A stretch of 64,000 nucleotides of DNA, taken from the NCBI RefSeq assembly GCF_006345805.1, contig NC_043003.1, forward strand, positions 103,478,001 through 103,542,000. Direction: 5' to 3'. Each line of letters begins with the position of its first letter. The first letter of the stretch is position 1. The notes beneath the pieces were generated by a model, which saw nothing but the letters and a program-made list of their open reading frames with translations, did no database searches and had not been told where the DNA came from. This stretch comes from Octopus sinensis. Its lineage: Eukaryota. Below, piece by piece: positions 13,430 to 27,250 of the stretch. Both the position numbers and the translations under genes were made by a program.

Positions 13430-13690
13430 AATCGACTTAATCCCTTTGTCTGGCCTTGTTTGTCCTCTCTGTGTTTAGCCCCTTGTGGGTAGTAAAGAAA
13501 TAGGTATTTCGTCTGCCGTTACGTTCTGAGTTCAAATTTTGCCGAGGTCGACTTTGCATTTCATCCTTTCGGTGTCGATTAAATAAGTACCAGTTATGCA
13601 CTGGGGTCGATATAATCGACTTCATCCGTTTGTCTGTCCTTGTTTGTCCTCTCTGTGTTTAGCCCCTTGTGGGTAGTAAAGAAATAGGTA
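13430..13690 (+). repeat. SINE-derived tandem unit (about 186 bp, 1.4 copies)
   Basis: ccttgtttgtcctctctgtgtttagccccttgtgggtagtaaagaaataggta occurs twice; another fragment at 29695-29748. Confidence 0.85.
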
Positions 13691-15140
13691 AGATATGAGC
13701 TGAGAGGAATTTGCTATTTCTAGCGCGTCGAATGATCACATAGAGTGAATGAGGGGGTGTATCATTTTTAGTGCCATAGAATTGCAAGTGCACAAAGACC
13801 TGTTTGAGTGCAGACATACTGGGAAAAAATAATACATCTTTAATTCCTGATTATGCAAATTTAACTAAACTTATTTTCTATTTTTATCTCAAATGATTAA
13901 ACAGTTTTATTTTCTCGCGTGGATCTTCGGAAACTTCGTTATCGGTTGATTTCGAATTAAGTGCAAATGAAATTTCTCCTGCGAATGAGGCCTTCCCCTC
14001 CCTTGGCTTTAAGGGCCTTTCTTGGCTCGGGCTTCACTAAATTGATTTACTACAAATACAAATACACTGCGTGAAGAAGTCATTAGTGGGGTCATCTCAA
14101 GCCAATGAGACAAGAGACTCGCCACTTTTCATATAAGAGTGCAGTACTATAGAACGGATATAAATTTCATGCACTTACAGACTCCTTTTTCACATTTTTA
14201 AAGTTTTCTTTGGAGTGCGAAGGATCAAATATTATCTTGCTTTCGTGAAACGAAAATAATGACCACTAAACCTAAACTATATAAGAAAGTGCAATATTTA
14301 ACTAAGTGCAAAACATACAAAACTCTTAAAGACCATATAAACCTCAAATATAAGTATATAAATTCCGCTGGTAGTAAGCTAGGGCAGATAGGCAAACACA
14401 CTATCGTGCATAAACATAATTAGAAATGCTACTAGACCATGATAAGGAAACAAAACAACCTCAGTAGTTTGAGCCACGGGGTGACCCAAAAATAGGTATA
14501 CATTTTTCAATTTAAAAGAAAATAAATAATGGATAGAATATAAATAAAAATACATTCAAAAATGTAATGTACATTCGAGTCTAATCCTAGCCGACAATAA
14601 TTTCTAAGCCTCTTCTCACCAAGGCTCTGAATATTGAGATAGTAGCAATAGTGATGCTAATATAATCATGCACGTCAGGAATTCGCTCGTCTTTGACTGA
14701 GATTCCTCACGAATGAAAGACTAATGATCCATTTGATGTTGCAATGGGTTGCTTCCATGCAACAGAATTCTGAGATTAAATTGGATTATTCATACTAAAT
14801 AAGCTTAAATCGTTCCTTTTCAGGTTTATGGAGGAAGTCTTTTGTCATAAGTCCAAGGTCAGTCCTGATCGAGTAAACTTATGATCAAAGACGTTTCCGA
14901 CATCACCATTGCGTAGCACTACATTATTTAATGCGCTTATTTTTCTCTATTTAATACTGAAGGAGATCCGATTGCAGTTTTTAACAGATCAAACTACCAG
15001 AGATTCTCTCGTTAACTCCTAGTGCCGTATAATACATTATTGTAGGACGATTTTGTAGATACATCGCATTGTATAGCGCAGAAGGATTATGTAATGTTGT
15101 TGTTGATGTTGCTGCTGCTGTTGTTGTTGCTGTTGCTGTT

Positions 15141-15477
15141 GAGTGAACGGTCTTCATCCCAGAGCTCGCAAGATGGGAGAAGTCCGAAACGTGGTCCTTT
15201 GCTATTCGTAAGACTTGCAGAAGAGAAAGCAGGTCAACCCCCGACACCGAGAGCATCGACGGATGGATGAATGCGCATCCAGGCTCAGCGGTTGCGTAGG
15301 AAGTCGGGGACAAGAAACAGGAAGAAAGAGTGAGAGAAAAGTTGGGACGAAAGAGTACAACAGGAGCTTTAGGTGCTTTCGCTCAATAAACACACAGAAC
15401 GCCTGGTCTGGGAATCGAAACCGCGATCCTCCGACCGCGAGTCCGCTGCTCTAACCACTGGGCCATTGCGCCTCCAC
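15141..15477 (-). mobile_element. tRNA-derived SINE (family 1), (CAA/CAG)n tail
   Basis: Head gtggaggcgcaatggcccagtggttag (A box)...ggtttcgattcccag (B box); copies at 30101-30468 (-) and 39325-39616 (+). Confidence 0.88.
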
Positions 15478-16233
15478 TGTTGTCGTCGTCTCTGTCGTTG
15501 TTGTTTAGCCTAAGGCTAATCCTGATCAAACAAAGCTATGATCAAAGTCAATGCAGTCATGACCTTCCCATATTTGGGGAGTTCTACAACTACACTAATT
15601 ATTAGTCTGTCTTTGTCTTATTTGAGGCGAGGCTTTGTAAAATTCAAGAAAGCCTTTATTTGCCATTTCTAGCACCGTTGCGCGACTGTAGAAGTTCTAT
15701 TGATGCTTGATATCAGATATTTCGGCAAAATCTTTCGAAAAATTCCAAGTGTCAACAGTCTTTTTTGCCAATAGGGGGCGTAGTGTGTAGAGTTGTCATG
15801 AGCAAACTGCGGCCTGATGTAAAGAGTAACATACAGCCTACCAGGTGTAGAGTACTTTTTCCTCAATTACAATAATTTTAACACCTTTTTCCCCCTTTTT
15901 CCCCTCTTTTCCTCTATCTCTTTTGTTTTCCCTTCATTTCTTTTCCTTTCTGCAGAAGGATTAACGTCAGAGCATTCGATATTCATCTGACTATTTCCGC
16001 GTTCATCTTACTTTGATCTTTCCGTGTTGTTCTTTAAGTTGCTATTTTGGGAGCTTTTGATTTTTGTATATATGTGCGTGTGTGTTAATATAATTAATAA
16101 CTTTCAGTTTAAGATCCTATATATTTGTGTGTGTGTGTGCGCGCGCGCGTTTGTATGTATTGCATAATGTGCAATATGATGTTTATATGCGTAAGCGTGT
16201 GTGTGTATGTATGTGTGTATATATATATGTATG

Positions 16234-16286
<53 letters not shown>

Positions 16287-16611
16287 TATTTATTTATATA
16301 TGTATATGTATGTATGTATGTATTTATATATATACATACATGCATACATACATACATACATACATACATACATACTACATACATACATACATACATACAT
16401 ACATACATACATACGTACGTACGTACACATACTGCAGTACCAGGCAGTGGTTCTCATAGCTTCTGATCTTAACTGATTGGAAGTGTTATTATGTACATGT
16501 TTTGTCTTGGTATAAAAGATGGGCTACGGCAAATATTTTTATGTGTGTGTGTATATATATACACACACACATACAAACATACATACATACATATATATAT
16601 ATATAATATAT

Positions 16612-16699
<88 letters not shown>

Positions 16700-16701
<2 letters not shown>

Positions 16702-17254
16702 TGGCTGCCCCCTCGTTATCACGTATGGCCATTGCACGAAGCTTAATCAATGTTGTTATCGTGCAATGCCTGTGCAAGAAGATTTTTTTTTTAAAGTGAG
16801 GAAAGGCTGTGCACTGAGTCAATCCCACTCACTAAGCAACAGCAGCCATAATCCGAAAAGAAGAACAAGTCAACATCATCAGTAACCACTGAGCCGCAGG
16901 TCTTATGTCGGAGTTATCCCAGTTACCTGAGTTACCTTCTCCTAGAAGGATGCCCTAACAAAGGCTAGGAGCCCTTCACTCCCAATGGTTTAACCGCGCG
17001 ATCGGGTATTCAGTCCGATTATTTCTATGTCCCCGCGCATGATACAGCCTTAAGGCATTTATTGGATGGCCGTTGACTCTCAAGAGTTCCTCCGCCCTTT
17101 GACGGGTTTTGTTTTTCATCCCGCAGGGTGTCCAATAAACACCCTCCTCACCAAGCAAGCTTGGTGGGGTTGCCGGTTTAGTCGCCGACGACCCGACCAT
17201 GCAACAGGTTGTACTGGGTTACATGTTACCAGTAGCACTCGAAAGTGACCTGAC
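16700..17254 (-). mobile_element. Non-autonomous RTE-like element with highly structured 5' region
   Basis: GC-rich island between microsatellites; agggcatccttctaggagaaggtaac resembles RTE 5' UTRs; consecutive hairpins including cact-TTCG-agtg. Confidence 0.55.
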
Positions 17255-17281
17255 ATACATATATATACACACACACACCAT

Positions 17282-17324
<43 letters not shown>

Positions 17325-17348
17325 ATATTATATATATTATATATATAT

Positions 17349-17380
<32 letters not shown>

Positions 17381-17399
17381 ATACACATACATATATATA

Positions 17400-17439
<40 letters not shown>

Positions 17440-17790
17440 TTATAAAATGAGATAGGGGTTGAAAATTCAACCCACCATGGGATAATATATATCCAATATA
17501 CTGCTAGATAGGTACCCAACAAGACTAAAACATAGATGTTAAAAATTGCCAAACAATCAGTTCATCTATTGTATTATATGGGTAAAGGTAATAATATTAC
17601 CGTAAATTAATACTACAAAATTAGAGAATGGAGAAACATACTTAAATCAATAAAACATCAACTATCAGATGATACCCAATCAATACTTTAATACACCATT
17701 ACATATCAGCAAAGGCATTATACAAAATATACAGTAAGAGTAAATAGACAAAGAGATATAAGTATAAAATTTCAAATATAATATGTAATT

Positions 17791-17918
17791 AAATCAAATC
17801 TGACAGCTGTTTCGGCAGTGAGGGAAGTCATACCTCATTTAACCTATAAGCCATAAAGGCAGGTATAAATGAGGCATTAACAAGGATGCCCCACGGCCTC
17901 TTCAGAGAAATAAATTTG
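17791..17918 (-). ncRNA. Type I hammerhead ribozyme with very long stem II
   Basis: tct-CTGAAGA-ggccgtgggg...ccctcactgcc-GAAAC-AGCT-GTC-aga; intact core, palindromic stem III. Confidence 0.82.
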
Positions 17919-18273
17919 TTATAATTGTGAAAAAGATTATTTAACCATATACATATAAATATAAAAATATAAAAATGTAAAATATAAAAACTTATGCATA
18001 AACTTCATAATGCTACACTTATATAATATAATACTCATTGGTACAATAATGGAAGGTAAACAGAACAAAATAAAACAAAATATATATCAGTGTATATATT
18101 AATATTAATAAGCACCGATATTATACATATTTGGCTAATAGTTTTTTAAAAAAAACTAACACATAGGGAGATGAAAAATAATAATTAAAACCATGGTTCA
18201 GTTCATAAAATTATAAAGCTATAAAAGTTAATAAAAATTACTATTAATATTAATAATAATAATAATAATAATA

Positions 18274-18317
<44 letters not shown>

Positions 18318-19953
18318 GATACAGTTATGTTTGCACCAAGTCCATCCTTTCAAGATCGAAATAACTATGAGTTTAGAAATACTGACCACTAGGTAATGAT
18401 AATTTAGATTAATTCGATTGGCTATTGGTTTGAAATTTAAATCACAAAAGAAATTATACGGTTGGTTAGTCAAGGAACGCCAATATTCACACGCGCATCT
18501 ACAGATCAATCGCACATACACACATAATTATATGTATACACATACACTTATACAGATACATAACCACAAGCAACAACTAGCACATAGATAAACAAAAAGG
18601 GAAGCAACTGTGCTGCCATTTAGTCCTTCAAAATTCTAACTATGCCTCAAATAACGAAAATGATCCACTCATGCATTTCATAAAATATTTAATTTAAAGA
18701 TAGAAATATATTTTTAAATATCAGTTGGGTAACTTAAAATTTATAACACCGGTTTGTTGCATAGTAAACATACGGTTGTTAGATTTACCGTAAGTTTGTT
18801 ATGATTCCAAGTACGCTAAGTTATAAAATATAAAATATATATTAATTTATATATTATAAATATATCTCTTATTTACTTAATAAATTTAATGCCATAATAT
18901 ACCAGTTTAGGCATTAAATAATATCAACAAGGGGAAGTACTAATGCAAACGCATATGAGAACATCACAGAAATTTAAAAAATTTATATTATAAATACTTA
19001 AGATAAAATGTGATAAAATAAATAAGAAGGAATAAATACGGTTATACACATATTATAAATACAAACCAGTATATATGTATTCATATATTATTAAAATAAA
19101 ATAAAAATAAATGATAGATATGTATGTATAAAACTACACTTGTATAAGTAAATAAGTAAAAAATAAATAGATAACAAATTAGATGACTTGATATGTATGT
19201 AAAAATCTACACTTAAATAAGCAAATAAATAATTAGAAGACTAAATGCAGAGATTGATAACATTACAATAAAATAAAAAAATAAAAAAATAAATAAATAA
19301 ATAAAGTGAATATATATGTTATATTGATGAAAGTAAATATGTATGGAAGGATAATTTAAAGTACAGATCCAGAGGACTATAGATATAAACTAAATATATA
19401 AGGCTGGTAATATTTATAAAGCCAAATGTATGTAAATGAAAAAAATGAAAAAAGTTTATTAGTGAGTAGCATAAGATACAAATTAAGGTGAGTACAAAGA
19501 AAGACCAAATATACAATAAAACCTGCCAAATAAACACATACAAAAGACCTATATTCACAACCTAAACACACCAAACTCATAAAAGGCTCTCATATATTAC
19601 ATATTATACAATAGCATTACATTATCTAGAGCTAGGTATCTAACCAGGATATACATATATACTATGCAATATTAGAAAACTTCAAAAATCACATATTACA
19701 AGGAAAATACCAAAATGAATATGTTATTTCATGTCATATTGCATTTCCCTTAAAAAACAAACAAAAACCCACATATAAAAAAAAACAAGAAACAAATAAT
19801 ACTAGACACATCTATTATTATTATACAAATGTAGCTATAAAAATTATAAAATTATAAATTTATAAGTTGCATACTTTAGAATTATAGAAGACCACTGGTA
19901 TAGTTAGTTAAAGAAGGGTGTTAAAAAATTATTAATAGTGGAAGTGCTAAGTT

Positions 19954-20610
19954 CTATTTGAATCTAAAAAAGGTGAACGGTAGCCTATGAATGCAAAAGA
20001 AGTTTTTTTCATTTATGTTGTTAATAATTTGCCGACCCGCTTTAATAATGAAAAAAATTTCATTAATACATAGAGAGCATTTTTTATTTTTTCCATTATA
20101 CACAGGTGCTGAAGTTAGTATTTTCCAGTTTAATCTAAAATCTAAGTTCTTACTTTTAAGTTCCCAGATGTATGCACTTAGCCCTGTAGAGTACATTCTA
20201 TTTTTATTTCTAAAAGTATATCTGTGATAATTCAATCTTTGTTTTATGCTATTCATAGTTGCCCCGATGTACACCCTACTACTCAGTTGTGTATCTACAG
20301 TGCATTGGTAAACTACCTCCTTCCTGAGGCATTGATTACCAAACACACATTTATTTCTGTTTCTGAAATTACAAAGATTAACAGAATGAGGTAATCTAAG
20401 ATTGGTCCCCACCCCTATACTACCATTCACATTATAAGTGTTACAATTGTTATCATCATCCAAACCCAAAATCAACGAATGAGTTAATTTCACATTATAG
20501 GCTATATTCCTATCACTAGTACTAGTATTGGTAGTAGTAGTATGATCTATTACATTTATATTATCTCTAACAGGTACGGTGCACTCATTATTAGTAATGG
20601 GGTTGTTCAC
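19954..20610 (-). pseudogene. GIY-YIG endonuclease domain of Penelope-like element (Naiad-like)
   Basis: CN.RNRNKCVFGNQCLRKEVVYQC...VYIGAT...KQRLNYH...TGLSAYIWELK...CSLCINEI...CIH; upstream frameshifted RHFG...INNGTVRVGYS...NLATIISSFN; RT domain absent. Confidence 0.85.
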
Positions 20611-20851
20611 ATTCGTTCCAAGAAAGTTTCTGTTCCTATTATTATTAAAGAGGGCAAATTTCCATTGTCTGAATTCAATTTTCTATCCTTATAGAAGTGA
20701 TCCAGTTTCCTGTTATTAAAAGAGGAGATAATGGTGGCTAGATTATGAGTAATGCTATATCCCACTCTAACAGTACCGTTGTTAATTAAAGGACTAAATT
20801 TATTCTTATCCTTACCAAAATGCCTAAATATAACATTATGCAAAGCTATAT

Positions 20852-20913
<62 letters not shown>

Positions 20914-20927
20914 CATACATACATATA

Positions 20928-20975
<48 letters not shown>

Positions 20976-21409
20976 CTCTCCTTGTTTTTTTTTCTGTATC
21001 CCTTTCTGTAGAAGAGCGTAGGCTCGAAACGTAAAAGACTTTTTCTATTCCTGAGTGTTATACTAATACATCTGTTTGTTTTGTACACCACCTGTCTTTG
21101 TCTTTTGTGTTTTTTTCGTAAACTCTCACATATATATATACTTCCAAAAATGGTTTTGTATGTATTTATGCACTATGGGCATACAGGTAGTTTTATCAAT
21201 CATCGAGACTGCATTTCCGTAGCTGTTTGATGAATTCCACGTATCTACATTTCTGTCCTCTCTCACATCTTCACTATACTTTAACCCTGCCTGGGACAGA
21301 AACCAAATCTCTCACAAACAGCACTCTACCATCTTGAAAAACGAAAGGACACATTAGACTTTGCAACTTCGCTTTTCACCCTTTCACATCATTCCCTTTT
21401 GCTTAACCA

Positions 21410-21770
21410 CCTCTCTCTCCCTCTCTCTCTCTCTCACTCTCTCTGCCTCTGTCTCACACACACATACACACACACATACTCACACACACACACTCTCTCT
21501 CTCTGCCTCTGTCTTTCCTTCTCTCTCTCTCACACACACATACACACACACATACTCACACACACACACTCTCTCTCTCTCTCTCTCACTCTCTCTGCCT
21601 CTGTCTTTCCTTCTCTCTCTCTCACACACACATACACACACACATACTCACACACACACACTCTCTCACTCTCTCTGCATTTGTCTTTCCTTCTCTCTCT
21701 CTCTCTCTCTCACACAGACACACATACACACACACATACACACATACACACACACTCTCTCCCTCTCTCA
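21410..21770. repeat. Higher-order (CT)n-(CA)n minisatellite
   Basis: Unit ctctctgcctctgtctttccttctctc...cacacacatacacacacacatactcac recurs 3-4 times. Confidence 0.85.
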
Positions 21771-23986
21771 ATCATATCTTTCCCTCAACATCAGCTATTT
21801 TCCTCACACTTTGACGAAGCGCCAGAATGACGAAACGTTTTATACCCTCACACCTCACATCAAATAAACTTTATAAATTTTCCGAACCATATTAGTTGAT
21901 TTTTCCTGACATTGACTGTCCCCCACACCTTGGATTCCCGATAGTTTCCCTATTTCAATGTTATATTTTTTCAGGCCCTTGTCGTGAAATCATTTTTTAT
22001 TGGTGATATTGATAAGGGTGGGAAAGGAGTTTTATCGAAATCATGGTTTAAATTTTGATATTTCATCGACTCTTTGGAAAACGTTTGAGTTTCCACATCA
22101 TGCACACACGCAAACACATACATACAGACATCTATATAAAGTGATGGATAGATAGACAGACAGACAGACAGAGATGGAGATAGATAGTCACACATAGATA
22201 TATACAAGCATTCATGCATACATAATGCGTACGTAAGCATACTGATACATACATATAGACACAGTAACAAACATACACACACACACACACACGTGCGTGT
22301 GTGTGTGTGTGCGTGTGTGTGGTGTGTGTGTGTATGTGTGTGTGCGTGTGTGTGTGTGTATTTATGCTTTTCTGTGTCCATATATACGCGTGAGTATGGC
22401 CAGGATTACGTTTATCCCCATTAGTGTAGCTACCAGCGCCACCTAGTGCCAGACAGTGTCTTTAAATACCAATAGCAAATGTATTTTAAGAGAAAATAAG
22501 ACACTAATGGATACAAAAACAAAGGCCACCGTGAAACGATGTTAGACACTAAGACAAAAGGGCGGGGGGTGGTCGAAGGAGGAGTAGGAGCGATAAGCTG
22601 GGGGGGAGATGTGGGCAGATAGGTTAGTGGGTGGGGTCTGTAATACCTGAAAGATGTATTATTTATGCAAGTGAAATGATGAACGTATATGTGTGTGTAT
22701 GCATGTGTGCGTGTGCGTAGTTACGTACTTAAATACGTATAGGAAATATATGTGTGTGTGTGTGTGTGTGTGTGCGTGCGTGTGTAGCTATATGTGTATT
22801 TATGAGCAAAAACATGTATTTAAATACATATAAGCAATATATATTTATATACATACACATACTTACATAAATATGTATGTATATATATATATATTCATGT
22901 ATATATATATATTCATATATATATATATGTGCGTGTGTGTGTGTGTACGTATGTATATATATGTATGTGTGTGTGTGTTTGTGTACATATGTAATATGTA
23001 TATTGAACATATATATGTGTGTGTATGTATGTATGAATGAATTTATGTATGTGCATGCATATATGTGTGTGCGTGTGTGTGCATACAAACATAAACATAC
23101 TTAAATACATACGCATATACACGAACACACACACACACACACTCACACACACACACAAACAAACAAACACAAGTCTATATATTTTTGTGTGTATATAATT
23201 ATATATGTGATTAACGGCTTTCAGAACAGACTCCTGATCATGGACACTGAGCTAAGGTCATGTGACTTTATATATAATTCGTCTTCTCTCATCTTCAGTC
23301 GTACCATATAGTAACATCTTTGGGAGATAACTATTTGATCGGCAGCCATGATTGTGACGTGGTTTTTATGGCGTTGCTTCACTTCAAATATTTGCTTTTG
23401 AAGTACGTCAGTTTGATCATGCACCGTCTATACATACTAATATATATATATATATATATATAATATATATATATATATATAGTGTATGATTGTTTATCTT
23501 TTCGAATGGCTAGCTAACTAGCAAGTTATCTTGCATCTATTAAGTCCATCGGTCTATCTTCCCATTTATATATCTCTAACTGTCGTCTGCCTCTAAGTGT
23601 TCATCTAAACACCAGTCTATTCATCTATCTAGCTGTTTATTTGTCTGATGATGCATGAACAAATTATTCGGACGTTGTGTTCACGATTGTAAAGTCGCGA
23701 GTTCGATTCCCGGACCGGGCAGAGATTATGTCCTTAAGCAATGTACATCATTTCATGTTGCTGTAAATGACTACTTGCTGATGCTCATGTTGGTACAGCT
23801 CTCTCTCTCTCTCTCTTTATCTCTCTCTCGCGCGCTCTCTCACGCGCGCTCTCTCCCTCTCTCTCCCTTTCTCTCACTCGCTCTCTCCCTTTCTCTCTTG
23901 ATCTCTCCCTCTCTCTCCTCTCTCTCTCCCTTTCTCTCTTGCTCTCTCTCCTTCTCCCCCCTCTCTCTCTCTCTCTCTCCTTTCAG

Positions 23987-24061
23987 CAAACACTCCTCGG
24001 TGTCCCAATAGGACAAACTAAGAAGACCGAGAGGATATTCTGTGTTTGCTGGAAACTATAG
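23987..24061 (+). CDS. Candidate terminal exon of unknown gene (QTLLGVPIGQTKKTERIFCVCWKL*)
   Basis: Long pyrimidine tract plus tttcag acceptor; phase-0 frame is the longest open one. The tract is a CT microsatellite, so the acceptor may be fortuitous. Confidence 0.4.
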   Translation, partial: QTLLGVPIGQTKKTERIFCVCWKL

Positions 24062-24651
24062 AGGCACCTAAAACTATTTGAGAAAGCGCGGTACAACCTA
24101 TTAGGTTATACTCGTTTGCGAGTGACGGCTAAGCATTTTACATCCTATTTACTTGTGTCTCTGACAATCTTTCCTGTCGTCTCTATATATGTCATTCTAT
24201 TTCTCCATTGATATGTGTGTATGTGCGTGCATGTATAAAGAGAGAAACAAAGATGAGAGGCAATAGTATGATGTTATATACGGAAAATCATAATAGAAAC
24301 GATTAACAGAAGACAAGAATGCATGAAACATCTCTCGTCAGCTATGGAGTCACCGTAGTTTCAGCGCGTTTAAAGTTCATGTATTTTGTAATAATAACAA
24401 TAATAATAATAATAATAATAACAATAAGATGATGGAGAAGGGGGATGGAGAAGAAGAACAACTACAACAACGACGACGACAAATGAGAGAGATTTCCAAT
24501 GTTTACAAGAGAAAAATGAGTTAGGTGCTCGAAAGAAAATTTAACAGAGGGAATATTCTTTTCTACTCTAGGCACAAGGCCCGAAATTTGGGGAAGGAGC
24601 CAGTCGATTAAATCGACCCCAGTACGCAACTGGTACATAATTTGTCGATGA

Positions 24652-24748
<97 letters not shown>

Positions 24749-24958
24749 GGAAATTGGAATAGAGTGTCCAGTAGAACTGTTACAAAAGGTTTGCCTCCTT
24801 GGCACGGCCAGAATATTCAGGAAGTATTAGATAGCTGAACAGAACAAATAGCATGGTACCGTAGGCTGCACGTAGTAAGCCTGCTATGCATGCAAGACTC
24901 ACAAAACCTGTGGCAAAGAGAAAATAATAACAACAACAACAACAACAACAACAATAAC

Positions 24959-25009
<51 letters not shown>

Positions 25010-25010
<1 letters not shown>

Positions 25011-25208
25011 GTTTCAAAATTTGGCACAAAACCATTAATTTCAGATAAGGGTTTTAGTCGATTACATCCACCCCAGTGTTCAAATAGTACTTGTTTCATC
25101 GACTCTGAAAGTTGACACCGGTGGAATTTGAACTCCGAACAGAAGGACGGATGGAATGCCGCTAAGCATTTTACCTGGCGTGCTAACAATTCTACCAGCT
25201 CGCCGCCT
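25010..25208 (-). mobile_element. tRNA-derived SINE (family 2)
   Basis: ggcggcgagctggtagaattgttagcacgcc...gagttcaaattccacc; related copies at 24560-24650, 34540-34720, 45255-45470, 58120-58318. Confidence 0.8.
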
Positions 25209-25540
25209 TAACAATGATGATGATGATGATGATGATGACGACGACGATGACGATGACTATGATGATGGTGATGATGATGATGATGATGATGATCGAAGAG
25301 AGGAAAATTAATAATGAATCCTCAATTTCATTCTAGATGAAGACAGAGACCAGAGAACTACAAACACAGACATACAAATACTTAAAGATCAATCATTATA
25401 GACGCGTTAGATTAATACTTAAAACAGAGCTAAAGACAGAATCTATGGTAACAGATATCATCACTATTCTAGCTGTCGTGGTCAAAATGTTGTTGTAATA
25501 TTTACCATCCAACTGTAGCGAGACGACAGTAAAACAAGAA

Positions 25541-26131
25541 AAACAAGAGCACTCAGAGATCGCAAACCTCCGCCAAGGCAACACCAACATCCTCTCAACG
25601 ATTAGCCAGAGATGATTTTTTAAATGAGAATATCTTAAATAAACTCGGCTGCTCTCACAAACGAGAATGCTAAGAATGAACCCGACTGCTCTCAAAAGTA
25701 AAGTAAAAAAGAGAACGGAAAAGATAATCCAGAATCCTTGTCCGGTACCGGATCGATCCCAATGGTAGTCATGGAATGTGAAGGTGGCTGTAGAAAATTT
25801 AGTAACAGTAATAAATAGTTTATCCTTATCTAATACAAGCTGAAATTAACAAAGTCACCATTCAAAATAGTTAAGTCTAAAGGGAGATAATTGAGAAAGA
25901 CTTGAAAGTTAACGTAAGATCGTAACCATGTAACGTAAAGTAAATATAATAATCCAGAATCCTTGCCCGGATCCGGATCGATCCCAAAATCTAATCAGTT
26001 CGTGCTAGTCACGAGGCCAAACATCCCTGAAAGTTTCATTCGAATCCATCCAGCGGTTCTTGAGATATTTTGTCCACGGACAAACAAACAAACAAACAAA
26101 CACAACTGAAAACAAGCGAAGGTGGAGGTAA
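25541..26131. mobile_element. Helentron-associated (HINE/DINE-like) non-autonomous element
   Basis: Subterminal inverted motif acctccgcc...ggtggaggt, (CAAA)n near the end, internal duplication aatccagaatccttg...ccggatcgatcccaa at about 25726 and 25951. Confidence 0.6.
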
Positions 26132-26286
26132 AAATTACTGTATCGGATATACCTCTTAGAATCTGGGATAGAAATACTCTATTCGCCAAGAGTACAGGAA
26201 CTAATAAAGTTCCTGTATTCTTATATCAAAATTTGACAGGCTACTTAGTTTCACTCCTACATACATACATACATACATACATACAT

Positions 26287-26448
<162 letters not shown>

Positions 26449-26661
26449 TTATGAGAGGTAATGGTGTCAAGAAGACCCAAAGGTGTCAGGTAATGCTGAA
26501 TAAGTGCTACGGACAGACTATAGTTAAGCTCCAGGTTGAGTTATTATGCGAATGAGGAGTCCTGCGTAGGTCATATATTAGCATGCATATATATAAAAAT
26601 TTAACAGAATGAGATAAAAATCCAAGGCTGTGAAAGATTTCTGAACATTTATAAATAGAAG

Positions 26662-26708
26662 GTCTCCGATGAAGGGATTATAAAATATCCCGGAAACAGC
26701 TGTAAGAC
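26662..26708 (+). ncRNA. Type I hammerhead motif (U4C variant) in the loop of an approximately 58-bp inverted repeat
   Basis: gtct-CCGATGA-a-gggat...atccc-g-GAAAC-AGCT-GTA-agac; arms 26598-26656 / 26711-26769. Confidence 0.7.
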
Positions 26709-26765
26709 ATATTTATAAATGTCCTGAAATCTTTCACATCCTCGGATTTTTATCTCATTCTGTTA

Positions 26766-26839
<74 letters not shown>

Positions 26840-26842
26840 CGT

Positions 26843-27004
26843 GTTTCAGTCACTGATTGTTGCCATGCTGGGGTTGAAGTTTAGTCCAACGAATCGAGCT
26901 CAGTCCTTTTAATAAAACCCGCTACTTATTCTGTCTTTTTTGCCGAACCGCTAAGTTACCAATACCGGTTGTCAAGCGCTGGTAGGGGACAAACATAGAC
27001 ACAA

Positions 27005-27091
<87 letters not shown>

Positions 27092-27250
27092 CGCACGCAC
27101 ATTCATATATATATATATATGACGGGCTTCTTTTAGTTTCCGTCTACCAAGTCCATTCACAAGGCTTTGATCGGCCCGAGGCTATAGTAGAAGACACTTG
27201 CCCAAGGTGGCATGCAGTGGGACTGAACTCGGGCCCATATGGTTGAGAAA
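26843..27250 (-). mobile_element. SINE family 3 with internal (CA)/(TA) microsatellite
   Basis: gtcccactgc...ttgggcaagtgtcttctactatagcctcgggccg...ggtagacggaaact; copies at 37556-37950, 51843-52205, 54767-55068, 61531-61680 and fragments elsewhere. Confidence 0.88.

Larger units (their letters stand above)
17437..20846 (-). mobile_element. 5'-truncated Penelope-like retroelement (GIY-YIG endonuclease plus AT-rich 3' region with hammerhead), flanked by (TA)n
   Basis: ORF remnants 20607-20846 and 19954-20610; same-strand hammerhead at 17791-17918; (TA)n on both sides. Left boundary is approximate. Confidence 0.75.

Noticed and set aside
14824-14857. Possible exon after cctttt cag
   Set aside because: In-frame TAA in phase 0, and the apparent donor lies in a dispersed repeat.
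15400-15477. tRNA genes at SINE heads (also 23660, 30400, 35550, 38470, 39325)
   Set aside because: A/B boxes are present but the cloverleaf is imperfect and most continue into a repeat body.
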